In this document: in pieces, positions 38,101 to 48,900 of the stretch
How the letters are laid out: each line of letters starts with the position of its first letter
How positions within the stretch are numbered: position 1 is the stretch's first letter
IMG/VR virus record: IMGVR_UViG_3300038465_000091
Coordinates: 62,001 to 126,000 of that record
DNA length: 64,000 bases
Strand: one strand, 5' to 3'
Translations under genes and position numbers: made by a program
The notes under the pieces: generated by a model
The model's database searches: none
Seen by the model: only the letters and a program-made list of their open reading frames with translations
What the model was told of the DNA's origin: nothing

Positions 38101-41100
38101 TGTTCATTTCCGCGTCTACGACTCAACTTCAAAGCGGTGCATCCATCCTCTTGCTCAACGGCGCACAGGCTGCGAATGTTGTCTGGGTGGTCGGAAGCTC
38201 CTTCACGCAGTTCGGCACGGCTGGCACAATGGTTGGTACTATTCTCGCTTACGCGAGTATCACCCTTGGTGGTGGGACATTAAACGGCAGGGCGCTAGCC
38301 GTAGGCGGCGGCAATGGGGCCGTGACCATCGCGGCTGCCGAAGCCATTACGGTATCGGCGGGCGCGGGTTCGCCATCAACCACAATTTACACCGCCGATT
38401 TGGGCACGTTCTCACCGTCCCTATCGGGCAACTTTACAGTTAGCGGGTTTGACTACACGGGAAACAACGGCACCTTCGCTATCGTGTCTAACACATCCAG
38501 CCAATTGATTCTGGCTAATCCAAATGGCTCGCCAACCCTTGACTCTATCGGCAGCCCGCCAATAGCCATCGGCACCGCCACTCAAGTAGCAATTGCGGTA
38601 CAGTCGGCGGCAAAGGCGTTGCAAGCAACAGCTTTGTCAAACGGCATCACGGTTGCTATCGACCCAGTAATCCCAGAGGTAGAATTTAGTGGTCCTCCGT
38701 CTGGAGTTTATGGCAACGTACAATACATGGTGCCTCTCCTGCTTCAATTGGCAGGTACCACCGTTGCTACGACCTCGCAAGTGTACACAGTACTAACGCA
38801 CGATGACGCGACACTCCTCGGTTGGGTGACGGGTACAGACATTGGAACGATAAGCACGGTCACACGCCCCTACGTTGTCGGGGAAGTGGTTGGTTTGAAC
38901 CCGCGTCAACCGTACTACAACTCGCCAGATGTTCCTCAGATTACCCCAACGAGCCCCGTACCGAGTGACGCTCCATGGATCGCCACGATGCCCATCACAG
39001 TGTCGGGCAATGCCCTACCATTGGGTCTTTCGCTCGATGCAAATACGGGGTTGATCTACGGGACACTCACGGGCGTGGCTACAGGTCCCAGTGTTATCCA
39101 ATACGTAGGTGCGATGGGCATAATCCACGGCACGGTGACCATCACTTGGAACACTGTAGTGAGTGCTTTCTCTCCGATTGATAACCTTCAGGATAGCGTG
39201 CCGCTTGGTACGATACTGAACAGGACAAGCAACACCAGCTATATAGCCGTACCTGCGGGAGTCACACCAGCATCGGCATCCATATACTACATAAGAGGCG
39301 CTGCTCAAGGGGCACTCCCAGCGGGCTTAACCCTTGACTCCACCCCAACGGGTCAGAATTTCTATATCACAGGCGCAGCCACAGAGAGTGGGTATTTTGA
39401 CGTTTGGTTTCAGGTGACCGCAAACACGGGCACCGCGTACTTGTACCATCGTATATCCATCGATTTTACCGCCCCGTTGACGATTGTAACTACATCACTG
39501 CCCAGTATTAGTCAACAGGCTTACTCCGCGCAAACACAGGGGTTTGGCGGCGTGCCTCCTTACACGTGGTCAGCGGTTTTCCCAGCAGGCGCGGCGGGGC
39601 TCAGTATCTCGCCATCCACGGGTATAATTTCAGGCACGCTGTCGTCTTTCCCTGTAATTAGCCCCACCGACTTCGACAACGTTGCAATTACTTTAACAGA
39701 CTTCCGAGGCTCCACCACTACAGCGCAGCTTGACCTCACGTACAATAACAGTTTGCGGCTTACGACGAACCGCATAGCGACCATTACCGACGATCTTAAC
39801 GGGTATTCGTTTCAAATGACGGCTGCGGGCGGCATAGCGCCGTACACTACATGGGCTGAGATTGGCACGCTGCCAACAGGCATCACGTTTAATGGCAGCA
39901 CGGGTTTGTTTTCGGGGGTTTATTCTGGTGCCACGGGATTAAGTTTTCCCATCACCATTGCAGTGACGGATAGTACACCCCTGACGACTGCACCCATACC
40001 ATTTACCATAACTACTGGCGGCTTGTCTGGAAGTATTAACGACAGCGGAGTAGGGCCTATCCCGCGTGGCGAAGCTTATCAAGGCACGCTTTCAACGGCG
40101 TGTATGACAACTCCTGTACAGTGGCAAGTTGCGCCTACCACCGGATATCCAAATCTTCTTCCTTCGGGGCTGTCATTACAAGTCAACGGCACGGGAGCAA
40201 CAGCAACGATTGCTGGCATTTATTCAGGTCCTATAATTCTGCCTACAAGTCCGTATCCAGTCAGGGTTATTGCGGTAGATAGTCTAGGCGATACGGCAGA
40301 GGCTATCGTAGAGTTCAGTACCGATACAAACCTGACCATCATCGGATGGGACTATGCGTTGTCCCCTATCGGCGTGCAGCCATTTCCGCTTCCCAACGCT
40401 GTTATTACTGGCAGCTATCCGCCGCCAAGCGGCGGTGGGATTCAGCTTGTAGCAATTCACGGCGTACCCTCGGGCGTACTGGCGAACGGATACAATCAGT
40501 ACGTTTGGAACACCATACCTTCAGGTCAGTTCCCATTCAATGGGATTTCGCTCTCCTCGACTGGCGTGCTCTCGGGCGCAGCTACGACGCTGTTTAGTCA
40601 GAGTTTTGACTTTGTGGTGTCGGATAGTCTCACACCGCCTAACACCGCCCCCCCAGTCACCACTACGTTTGCTTCGCAGACTTCGGCACTCGTTATCACC
40701 ACGTCATCGTTACCACAAGCAACCGCTGGCGTAGTGTACAACGGAACAGGGTTCCAACTGCAACAAACGGGAGCGGTGGGTTCCTTCACATTTTCCGTTG
40801 TCGGCGGCACCCTACCTTCAGGGCTTTCGTTGTCACCTACAGGTTTGATTACGGGCACTACGCTTCAGGTAGGAAGCACCCCCATCACGTTCCGTGTGAC
40901 GGACAGCACGTCGGCCTACTTCAACAGAACCTTGACGTTTACGGTTATTTCTGGGTTGGCGCTGAAGACGGGTATCGATTACGAGGATTCAACTGCGTAT
41001 GGCTACATCGGATATGTTGATACGGGCAACGTGGTTGGTATTGCACCGCGCACAAACCTGTCATTCTATGTGGTTGCAACGGGCGTAATTACCACCGATC

Positions 41101-41354
41101 CTGCCGCGCTCGGAATAATTGTCAGTGGCGGGTTTGGTGTCGGGACCGTGACCATTTCGGGCGGCGTGGCAAAAATTCCACTGACCGGGGCATTTTCATC
41201 GGGCACCATCGGAAATGTCAACCCCATATCCATTTCTGTCACCGATTCTGGCATAACTGCTACAGCAACTTTTAATTGGGTGGTTTATAACGACGGAGTG
41301 TTGCGACTGGTCGCTAACAACGCATTCCCAGTCAAGTTAACGACGCCGAACTAA
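35142..41354 (+). CDS. 2070-aa virion adhesin with multiple putative Ig (He_PIG) repeats and a DUF3494 ice-binding-like domain
   Basis: Repeated GG(T/V)xPYxW...LPxGLS(I/L)xxxTGxISGTP; internal LGSAANYALLA...TLDAQGNANAVFVF...NGAQAANVVWVVGSS...GTILA...LNGRALA. Confidence 0.85.
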   Translation: MPNPPNLGYVGPVSALIDNNNVLTVSWVPPTGPAYTNWEIILNGNPTASIPAPSPYTGTPLFYTTTLTAGSWTMDMLTNIAGSPPQSFDWEAYNSTLNVWQSVAPPTGSYLAFPDAIPSADVVFSSLTLELGQPLTLTLQSAYTGADQWQVLWPDGSNTGWLPLSASLLTKQFSISGPLDVVIQSRRLYNTSSNSPAVILMRQLTVQIFVVDQQYTGTTTTSSSLTGTLGIGGQQGFEITGATGVGSVANPWEVAARAIVRDTVTNELKLLVATTRFSNASSLLGTMGIDVFPIEGRPKIKELIQPVYENSFNSLTSSVPVNITTTQLPTSIYVGKPMAEFQMQASGGTTPYAWYTDGLPDGLKLSINGVLSGTPLALGTASINFAVQDSSVPFYIAEAAFPITISTDLLVELALGQTDANGNPLSQLGNSLGIAKIDAPYSVQMIVGNVNPANPIPGGLPPYTWSIPAGSLPIGLSINPNTGLISGTPSTYNSTSDFGKTFSAVIQVTDAIGAIATQTYQITLEPAVLQFGNLSQPTIYADQQFKLTIPIFGGFSPYSITAAGSGFFPAGGTSAYYGPVTLVDGQIQVDVNYPIAGSYSFIVIAQDSPSPIGYVPVTLAQQVTRQFTVVVEAALSDPFLVPAFVGHVWGYADTQVNGGYKATPIAITGDFAGFTLGGVFVSLNSAAPAFGGNTLYTGTLGFCSGGGNNAYLGKTFVVSGFQNPTNNGTFLCTASDTTHLTLNNPNGVAETIPALGYSSFLTTAIPTPLPAGSTGTPASPVAPFALTTLYTGTVLGGANNALVGQDFIVSGFAPLSGNNGTFYCVGSTAATLTLSNPNGTNVTVPSTAYSLISAISGSGAGSLVTVELGSAANYALLAYSGITNADPATSISGGVIGSAPIMSITGFNPPTATVDNADAPAARLDGNAAFGYYSGLTPTQSSLNNLSTNNGGGGVGVYRAGIFSGGALDMPTSITLDAQGNANAVFVFISASTTQLQSGASILLLNGAQAANVVWVVGSSFTQFGTAGTMVGTILAYASITLGGGTLNGRALAVGGGNGAVTIAAAEAITVSAGAGSPSTTIYTADLGTFSPSLSGNFTVSGFDYTGNNGTFAIVSNTSSQLILANPNGSPTLDSIGSPPIAIGTATQVAIAVQSAAKALQATALSNGITVAIDPVIPEVEFSGPPSGVYGNVQYMVPLLLQLAGTTVATTSQVYTVLTHDDATLLGWVTGTDIGTISTVTRPYVVGEVVGLNPRQPYYNSPDVPQITPTSPVPSDAPWIATMPITVSGNALPLGLSLDANTGLIYGTLTGVATGPSVIQYVGAMGIIHGTVTITWNTVVSAFSPIDNLQDSVPLGTILNRTSNTSYIAVPAGVTPASASIYYIRGAAQGALPAGLTLDSTPTGQNFYITGAATESGYFDVWFQVTANTGTAYLYHRISIDFTAPLTIVTTSLPSISQQAYSAQTQGFGGVPPYTWSAVFPAGAAGLSISPSTGIISGTLSSFPVISPTDFDNVAITLTDFRGSTTTAQLDLTYNNSLRLTTNRIATITDDLNGYSFQMTAAGGIAPYTTWAEIGTLPTGITFNGSTGLFSGVYSGATGLSFPITIAVTDSTPLTTAPIPFTITTGGLSGSINDSGVGPIPRGEAYQGTLSTACMTTPVQWQVAPTTGYPNLLPSGLSLQVNGTGATATIAGIYSGPIILPTSPYPVRVIAVDSLGDTAEAIVEFSTDTNLTIIGWDYALSPIGVQPFPLPNAVITGSYPPPSGGGIQLVAIHGVPSGVLANGYNQYVWNTIPSGQFPFNGISLSSTGVLSGAATTLFSQSFDFVVSDSLTPPNTAPPVTTTFASQTSALVITTSSLPQATAGVVYNGTGFQLQQTGAVGSFTFSVVGGTLPSGLSLSPTGLITGTTLQVGSTPITFRVTDSTSAYFNRTLTFTVISGLALKTGIDYEDSTAYGYIGYVDTGNVVGIAPRTNLSFYVVATGVITTDPAALGIIVSGGFGVGTVTISGGVAKIPLTGAFSSGTIGNVNPISISVTDSGITATATFNWVVYNDGVLRLVANNAFPVKLTTPN

Positions 41355-41372
41355 GGCGTCAAAGGGTGAACA

Positions 41373-43658
41373 ATGGCACAAGTAACAGAAACAATTACCG
41401 TAACGGTGACAGGAGCAAACCCCTCTACAAAAACGTACTCCGTTCTTGTGGATGTAGGCACGGGTGCGGGTAGCCTGTCTATCCCTCTCACGGGCACCAA
41501 CGCGGGGACGGATACGGTAACGGCGTCCATGACATCGCATTCGCCTCTCTTTACGTCGAATCCTGTCCAAGTCGCATGGTGGGGAGCTACACAAATATTG
41601 CCGCTTCTTGGCGCTGTCATAGAAACTCCGATGCCTTTTCTCCAGAGTGCGGCGGCGGGGTCTACAACTCCGGGAAATATTCTTACGGTGTATTACAACG
41701 ATTCCAACACTCATGGTAATTGGGTTGCCCTTCAGAATTCGTTCAATGCAGGACCCGCCTATGTATATCTATCAGGCGGCTCATTACCAGCCCTATATGC
41801 TAATGGTCCATACCACGGAAGCGTGTGGAAGGTTATAGCTATGGGTAACGATGTGCCTCCGGGTGAAAGCGATCAACACAACTATTTTCAGATCACGGTA
41901 GGCGGTCCCGCTGTTTACGTGAATGCCGAATATGGTGCCGCACAAGCACAGCAGGCTATAGTTAGTCCTATTCTCGCTCCTCCAATAGGAACAGCAGGAA
42001 CCGCGCAATTGCGGTTGACGCCAGTTGCCAACGGTAGTAATAACTGGCAACAGCAAGGCTCGGGCTACGCTCTAAACTTGACAATTCAGAATGTAGTGTA
42101 CACCACCATCCCGTACATCCCAGTTTTGGAGGGTGTTACGGGTGGTGTTTTCCTCTACGATAGCGCATCACCTCGATTTGATTTCGGTGAAATTGGTGGA
42201 ATTCCTATAACCTATCCTCCAGTCGGCGGTGCTTCCCCATCTGCCGCCGCAGTCACAGCGGCAGGCGCGGTGAGTTTGTCAGGCGATAATACAGCTTGGC
42301 AGGGCTTGTTCACGCTTACGTACAGCGGCACATCCCCGACAGGTTTTTACACGCTAGCATACAATGGTGGTCCAGCGGTATTTGGCGTTGATGTTACCAA
42401 CTTGGTAATCACGGCAGACGACATTGCGTGGTACGACAGCGCAAATGACAGTCTCGATCTTTTCCCCATATCCAGTGGCGGGGTTTTGCAGTACCCAATT
42501 CAGGTAGCGTACATGGTCATGCCTGATCGAACTGGAATTACTGTCACTCCGTCTACGTTGCAGGCTAACGGTTCGGCTCAGACACTCAATGTTAACCTGC
42601 CCAAATCGTTGAGTCCCGAACAGCAAGGGCTGTATGGTACGGGCGATGCGGTTAACGCTCCAACAGTTTCCACCACGGGCGGCGTCACCGTCACCACACC
42701 ACCTTCCGTGGTTTTGGACAGCAACGGCTACCTCACGGGTTGGACTATGAAGGTCACGGTACCTTCAAGTTCATCCAGCGGCTCTTTTCAACTGACCTTT
42801 GGAGTTACGGGCACGCTCACGTATCTGAGCGGTAATTTGTTTGTGACTAACACCGTCACCTACATTTCAGGAGCATCGCCGCTTGCCACTATCGGCACAG
42901 TTAGCAACTCGTACGCGCTACCCACAAACTACTCGTTCGTCGTTGGGGGTGGGAGGACAGGCACCGCACCGAACTACACCATCACAGGGCCAATCACACT
43001 CACCGCGATTGTATTTTCCACCGACAATGGCGCGTTTACGGGAAATTTCTTTCGTATCTTGGGTGCAACTAAAACCTCATTGGGGGCCGCTACGGTTGGA
43101 TCGCCCACCCCCGTCGCTGGTGGGTACCACACCCAATTGACTTTGGGAGTAACCTCCGTGTTTGCTTGGGGCACACCTCTTAGCCTCGGGTACACGGCTA
43201 CAGACACTCTAAGCACCCTGTCAGTTTCTTATACTGACACAAACACCTATAACAACGGTAATCCAAATCCGGGTGGTGGAGGCGGCGGCGGTGAATGCTT
43301 CACAGGTTCCGTTGAAATTAAGGCTCCAGAAGGCTTCGTAGCATTTGAGGACTTCGCGGACGAGACCGAACCGTTCGAGATCGTCAATGAGACGGGCACT
43401 CACAAGGCCGAACTTGTGGTGCACGAGAACTACGCAGGCTGGATGGTTGAACTCGATGGCGGCAAGCTCGTCACCTTGGATCACGCTATGAAGATGTCGG
43501 ACGGCACATGGGATCGTGCAGATGAGAAGTACGCCGACCTGCCTCACGTGTGGTTTGAGGGCACCGTCTACAACCTGCACGTGCTGTCTGATGATCCAGC
43601 GGATAAACATTACATTCTGTTCAACGGCGACGTGGCGCACAACGTCAAGATCGTCTAA
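41373..43658 (+). CDS. Tail fibre-like protein with C-terminal Hint autoprocessing domain
   Basis: Poly-Gly linker, then CFTG...VTLDH...VYNL...AHNVK. Confidence 0.8.
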   Translation: MAQVTETITVTVTGANPSTKTYSVLVDVGTGAGSLSIPLTGTNAGTDTVTASMTSHSPLFTSNPVQVAWWGATQILPLLGAVIETPMPFLQSAAAGSTTPGNILTVYYNDSNTHGNWVALQNSFNAGPAYVYLSGGSLPALYANGPYHGSVWKVIAMGNDVPPGESDQHNYFQITVGGPAVYVNAEYGAAQAQQAIVSPILAPPIGTAGTAQLRLTPVANGSNNWQQQGSGYALNLTIQNVVYTTIPYIPVLEGVTGGVFLYDSASPRFDFGEIGGIPITYPPVGGASPSAAAVTAAGAVSLSGDNTAWQGLFTLTYSGTSPTGFYTLAYNGGPAVFGVDVTNLVITADDIAWYDSANDSLDLFPISSGGVLQYPIQVAYMVMPDRTGITVTPSTLQANGSAQTLNVNLPKSLSPEQQGLYGTGDAVNAPTVSTTGGVTVTTPPSVVLDSNGYLTGWTMKVTVPSSSSSGSFQLTFGVTGTLTYLSGNLFVTNTVTYISGASPLATIGTVSNSYALPTNYSFVVGGGRTGTAPNYTITGPITLTAIVFSTDNGAFTGNFFRILGATKTSLGAATVGSPTPVAGGYHTQLTLGVTSVFAWGTPLSLGYTATDTLSTLSVSYTDTNTYNNGNPNPGGGGGGGECFTGSVEIKAPEGFVAFEDFADETEPFEIVNETGTHKAELVVHENYAGWMVELDGGKLVTLDHAMKMSDGTWDRADEKYADLPHVWFEGTVYNLHVLSDDPADKHYILFNGDVAHNVKIV

Positions 43659-43666
43659 GGGGAGAC

Positions 43667-44974
43667 ATGGCGACCACGAATCCGTATAAGTACGCCTACC
43701 CGGGTCCACCGTTCAATTGGCTCGGGCATGTCTCCGAAACTCAGTTCAAAGCCTTTCAAAGTTGGTACACAGCTTTGAATATCAGTGCGCCCGCGTCTTC
43801 CGCCGCCACGTCTCCCGGAAGCACGAGCACAAATCCCGCCGCCCCGCCGGGCGCGGGAACCACCACTCCCATAACCCCACAGTCGAATTCGTCAACCACC
43901 AATGCAGCGGCTCTGGCTGCGACCATCGTCAAGAATTTCGAAGGATTCAGTGCAACAGCATATCCCGATCCTGCGGGACAGACGAAAACGTATTCCATTG
44001 GGTATGGGCATCAGATTGTTCCGGGTGATGGGCTTTCTACGTCATCGGTAGTGACGATGGATCAAGCGAATACGCTTTTGATGTCCGACCTGTCGGCGTC
44101 GATCAATACCGTCAACAATTCCGTAATGTCGCCGACACCCTTGGAGCCCACTCAGACGGCGGCTTTAGTCTCGCTGGCGTACAACATCGGCGGCACTGCT
44201 TTTAAGAATTCTACACTGGTTTCTGATCTCAACAGCGGCAATACGGCTGCGGCAGCGGCTCAATTTAACAACTGGGTGTACGCTGGCGGGACTGTAAATT
44301 CGTCGTTGGTTGCTCGGCGTACACAGGAGCAAGCACTTTTCAGCACGGGCGTCATCCTAAGCAACTCGGGCAACCCGACCGTCAACGCCGCCAATGCCGC
44401 CAACAGCGGTGGGTCGATGACCACCCAGCTTCATTACCAGATTCGTGCTCAGCAGTTACGGAAGACCGCAGGAGCTTTGGAACAGTACTACCAAACGGTG
44501 AATGAAATCTCGCTAGGCGTGCTGACTCCATCGTTTGCAAAAGCCGCATGGCAACCACCTACGGGCGGGTACTTCCAGTACGCTCATCGGGACGATCACC
44601 TACCGATGGTTGCAATGGGGCAGGTCAAGACCTACCTGAAGGATCGGCTCCAACGTCAGGATGAAGCGGTTTTTCACATGAATCATGCTCGCAATATCAT
44701 TGAAAAGATTGAAGATAAGGCACAATATCAAGCGGATGCTAAGACCCAAATCCCCAACTTAATCGCTCAAATCAACGGCTATTTTGCTCTCCCGCAGTAT
44801 GCTCCCGTGCTGGTTAAAGATCAAACTGATGTATACCCAACGGATAGCACAACACCCAGATATCGAGTTCACGAACTCGATAATCCGACCATTTTCGAAC
44901 TCGAACAACACGGTCGTGCTCTCCCGGGAGGTCCAGTTGATCTGAAGGAAACACCACAACCCGCTACTGGCTAG
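43667..44974 (+). CDS. Baseplate-associated protein with inserted GH24 phage-lysozyme domain
   Basis: FEGFSATAYPDPAG...SIGYGH...ALVSLAYNIG...LVARRTQE. Confidence 0.85.
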   Translation: MATTNPYKYAYPGPPFNWLGHVSETQFKAFQSWYTALNISAPASSAATSPGSTSTNPAAPPGAGTTTPITPQSNSSTTNAAALAATIVKNFEGFSATAYPDPAGQTKTYSIGYGHQIVPGDGLSTSSVVTMDQANTLLMSDLSASINTVNNSVMSPTPLEPTQTAALVSLAYNIGGTAFKNSTLVSDLNSGNTAAAAAQFNNWVYAGGTVNSSLVARRTQEQALFSTGVILSNSGNPTVNAANAANSGGSMTTQLHYQIRAQQLRKTAGALEQYYQTVNEISLGVLTPSFAKAAWQPPTGGYFQYAHRDDHLPMVAMGQVKTYLKDRLQRQDEAVFHMNHARNIIEKIEDKAQYQADAKTQIPNLIAQINGYFALPQYAPVLVKDQTDVYPTDSTTPRYRVHELDNPTIFELEQHGRALPGGPVDLKETPQPATG

Positions 44975-45025
44975 TAGCGAATTTGGATATTAAAACTGTG
45001 AAACTATTTGAATGAGGAATAATTT

Positions 45026-45154
45026 GTGAGGAAATTGAGAAAAGACCTTACGGGTCAACGGTTTGGTAGGTGGACAGTTGAGAGACTTCAGAGTCGTCAA
45101 CCCACAATCTGGAAGTGTCGATGCGATTGCGGGACTGTAGGGGCGGCGGTCTAA
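45026..45154 (+). pseudogene. Truncated homing-endonuclease remnant
   Basis: MRKLRKDLTGQRFGRWTV...WKCRCDCGTVGAAV*; TAATG-coupled to the next gene. Confidence 0.7.
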
Positions 45155-45948
45155 TGTCATTCGACTACAACGTTTTGGTAATCGATCCAACCACACAGCA
45201 ACCCATTGGCGCGTGCGATCACCAACAGAGTTTTGAAAGATACGTTTGCGACTTTAATGATTTTAAGACGTTGCACTACGCCGGGAATACCGCGTTGAAT
45301 ATGCGGGCTCCAATCAACGGCACGGATATGGTTCGGATGTGGATTTCCGAGGAAGAGGTCCGGCAAAATGATCCTACGTATGGGTGGACAATCGTGCGTG
45401 ACCCAGCCCGACTGGATGCCGTTAACGCAACCGATCAGTTTTACAAGGTCATGTTTGTGAAGCCTGTCCGCCTCGTGGTGCCGTTGATCGAGGTGTCGTA
45501 CTTAACCTCACAGGGGTACTGCCTGAAGTGTAGTGCCATAGGCTTTCTAAACGATTTTAAGAATGCGTCCTCAGGAAGTTTCGTACGAGTCACCCAGCAG
45601 GTAAAACTGGCCCAAAAGGGGTTGAAATGGGTTTTGACATCTCAGTGCGCTTTCTACCCGACATTTGTTTGTCCTCTTAAGAGTTATGTTGGCAAGAAAT
45701 TGGGTATTCAACTAACAGACACCGACATTCAGAATGCCGTACAAACCGCTCTGAGCACAATGCAGCGAGTGCAACAGGCTCAAAATACGGTCCAAGTGCT
45801 CGACCCGTTGGAAATGATTAAAGATATCCAGTACGTAACGGCGCAGGTCGCCGCTGATGATCCGACAACCATACAGGTCGGGGCTATGATTACGACATTC
45901 AGCGGCACGTCAGTTCCTCTGTCGTTTCAGATGATGGTGAATAACTAA
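45154..45948 (+). CDS. Baseplate wedge protein (gp25-like C-terminus)
   Basis: Directly upstream of baseplate J; C-terminal DPLEMIKDI...DDPTTIQV. Confidence 0.55.
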   Translation: MSFDYNVLVIDPTTQQPIGACDHQQSFERYVCDFNDFKTLHYAGNTALNMRAPINGTDMVRMWISEEEVRQNDPTYGWTIVRDPARLDAVNATDQFYKVMFVKPVRLVVPLIEVSYLTSQGYCLKCSAIGFLNDFKNASSGSFVRVTQQVKLAQKGLKWVLTSQCAFYPTFVCPLKSYVGKKLGIQLTDTDIQNAVQTALSTMQRVQQAQNTVQVLDPLEMIKDIQYVTAQVAADDPTTIQVGAMITTFSGTSVPLSFQMMVNN

Positions 45949-48900
45949 TGCCGACTCCCGTGACATCGCTTACCGCGCTTCAGTTGGTGACGCCGATATT
46001 ACCGAATAATGTCCAGACGATCTCCGTAGATTCATCCGTACTTCCCGTCGTGATCGTCGCTGACGCGAATACAACTCGCATCGAGGTGTCGATCTACAAC
46101 ACAACTTACGTGGCGACAACGTTCACTACCGCAACAGTCAATGGGGTGACTCAAAACACATTTTCTATCAGCGTTCCCTTGATTCCTACGGTTCTGGAAG
46201 CCACAGTTCAAATCCTTGGGCGAAACTATAACCCCTTCGGTGCTTGGGCACCACTCACCACGTTCCCGACTGGCTACACTTTCGTTGATCCTAATGGAAA
46301 CGTGCAAGTCGCCACAGTCGGCGGCGTTTCGGGCAGTTATGGGTTGGTTGGCAGCCCACCCACCATCCCAGTGCAACCCCCGTGGAGTGCACAGAAGGGT
46401 GGAGTCACATTAGATGGCAGCGGTGCTACGATAATCACGTGGACGAATGTTGGCGTCCTCGCTGTTTCTCCGACCATCAAGTTTTCGCTGATCTTTTTCC
46501 AGAGCAACCTCGCCGTCCAGTTCGGCCCGCCATCGGGTATTCAGGCATTCAAGGATCAGACAGATTGCACCCTTCAGTGGGTCACTCCGTCGTTTACAAC
46601 CCCGAACATCAGCCTTGTCGGGGTGCGAGTCCTGCTTTCGACGGACCCCGCAGGCATCAATCCGCCGTTCGTTCAATTCGGCGATCTGGTGCAGGACATT
46701 TCAAGCTCCGTCAACACGGTGATTGATTCTGAAACGACTACATCCACGGTCGGCAACACGACCGTTACCACCACCTCTTCGACGACGATGCCGACGAACT
46801 ATAGTACAGTGGACGTACCCTCGTCGTTCTTTGGCGCTGCCCCAGAGTTTTACGCGATGTTCTCCACGGTCATTCAGGAGACCAACCCCAACTCAACCAC
46901 CATCTATGAATCTCAGCAGAACGGTCCTCTGACTTGCGGATTCGTGAACCTCAAAGTGGTCAGTCCAACTGATTTCCCAGTGCTCCAACGTCAACAGGAT
47001 ATCGCTGGGCGCATTATAAGTCAGATCATGCGGCAGCAACCGAATCTTGATCTTTCACCACGCTCGGAAATTCGCGATGTGGTCGTCGATCCGATTGCCG
47101 TGGAATTATCAAGCATGAGTGTCCGCGAGTGGTTTGCTCGTTGCTCCGCATCTATCTCGGCTATCAGTCAAGTTGATAACGCGAGTGGCAACGGGATATC
47201 CGATCCTTTCAATAGCAGCCCCTACAAACCCCAGATAGCCCGCGCATACGGCCTTAACGCCTCCAACACTCAAAGTTTAATCGACACTCAGTTCAACATT
47301 CTCGGCGAACAGGCGGGACTGACCCGAGGTGGGACAACTTCGGCCACTACAATTTTGACGTTCTTCACGTACACGCAGCCCACGCAAAGCATTACAATTC
47401 CCGAGAACGCTACGGTCGCGACCATCGCCGACGCCAACACCCCAGCCTTGAATTTCATCACCCGAGGTTCGGCGGTGCTCGATGTAAACAACCTGAACTC
47501 TTACTACAACGCGGTACAAGGCTGGTGGGCGGTCACCGTACCTGCGGAATGCACGGTCGCGGGCTCCGTAGGAAACGTCGGTGCGGGTACGATCCGTTCC
47601 GTCGTGAATGGGTTGCCATCGGGTATCAACGTTACAAACCTTGTGGCGGCTCAGTATGGCTCCGACCAGCAATCCAACTCTCAGTTTGCGGCTTTAATTC
47701 AAGCACGTCTCGTCACGGGCGTGGATACGGGCACGCGGCACGGCTACCGTGTAACTGCCTTGCAGACTCCGGGCATCATATCGGCTGTAATCGTGGCGGC
47801 TGGTGACATAGATATGCTTCGAGATTGGGACCCAATTCGTCAGAAGCACGTCTTCGGTTGCGTGGATATTTACACTCGCGGTACGACACTTACCCAGCAG
47901 GACGAAAGCGTTACGTTTACATACGGAACCACAGGAACTTACGGCAACTTGCTAACGTATCTACCTCTCGTACTATCCGATTCGCAGTTGATCCGTTTCA
48001 ACATTCCGACATTCAACACGTTGACCTCCCCAATATACACGGCTGTGGAACTCGTCGTGACTCGCGGGTCGAGCAATTTCTACCTCGGCATTGAACGCGC
48101 CCAAATCGATAATGTGGGCGGTAATATTTTCATCAATCCGAACGACCCATGCTATCAGTACGTTGGATCGGGAGCTACTACGGCCAAGATTCCGTTGCTT
48201 ATTAACGGCAACCCAGCTACCAACCAAACAGCGGTTGCCGCCCTCGCTAGTGCTTCGGGTTCCTACACTTTTGGATTGTTTGCACGTCTTCAATCATCGT
48301 TGCTTCATACCCCAATTCTTCAACCCGTCATCGATGTAGATTCGGTTACAGGCGAAACGGGGGAAACGGGGTCTGTTAGCAGTCCCCTGATCGAACTCAT
48401 TCACACCTCGGATTTTCTATTGTACGGCGGCTCCAACAAGGCGGGTGATGAGGTTAACGTATCGACAACCACGAGTGCCCCCGTCACCAAGACAATCACG
48501 GCGAGCACCGCCACTCCCGCCATTATCGATATTGCAATGGATGTGCCGCTCAGCGCGACTGGTGTGCCACAAGACATCATATCGGTGTTGAGTACGGACC
48601 TTTCAACCAAATACATTTGGGGTGTCGATTACACCGTCGTCGCATTGGATACCTACCACACTTATGGGCTGAATCTGCTGACCTCCACGGTTCCGATCAC
48701 CAACATCGAGATTTCAGGCGATGTACTGACGGTCACAGGTCCCAATAACTTTGGTGCGGGGGCAGTTGTCGCTCTTAGCCAACTCGGAGTCGCCCAATTC
48801 TTAAGCGGACAGAACGTCACCGTCGCCACGGCCTCACCTTCGCAGTTTACGGCAACCTATTCTCACGCTGATTATGCATCGGCCACAGATTCAGGGCTCG

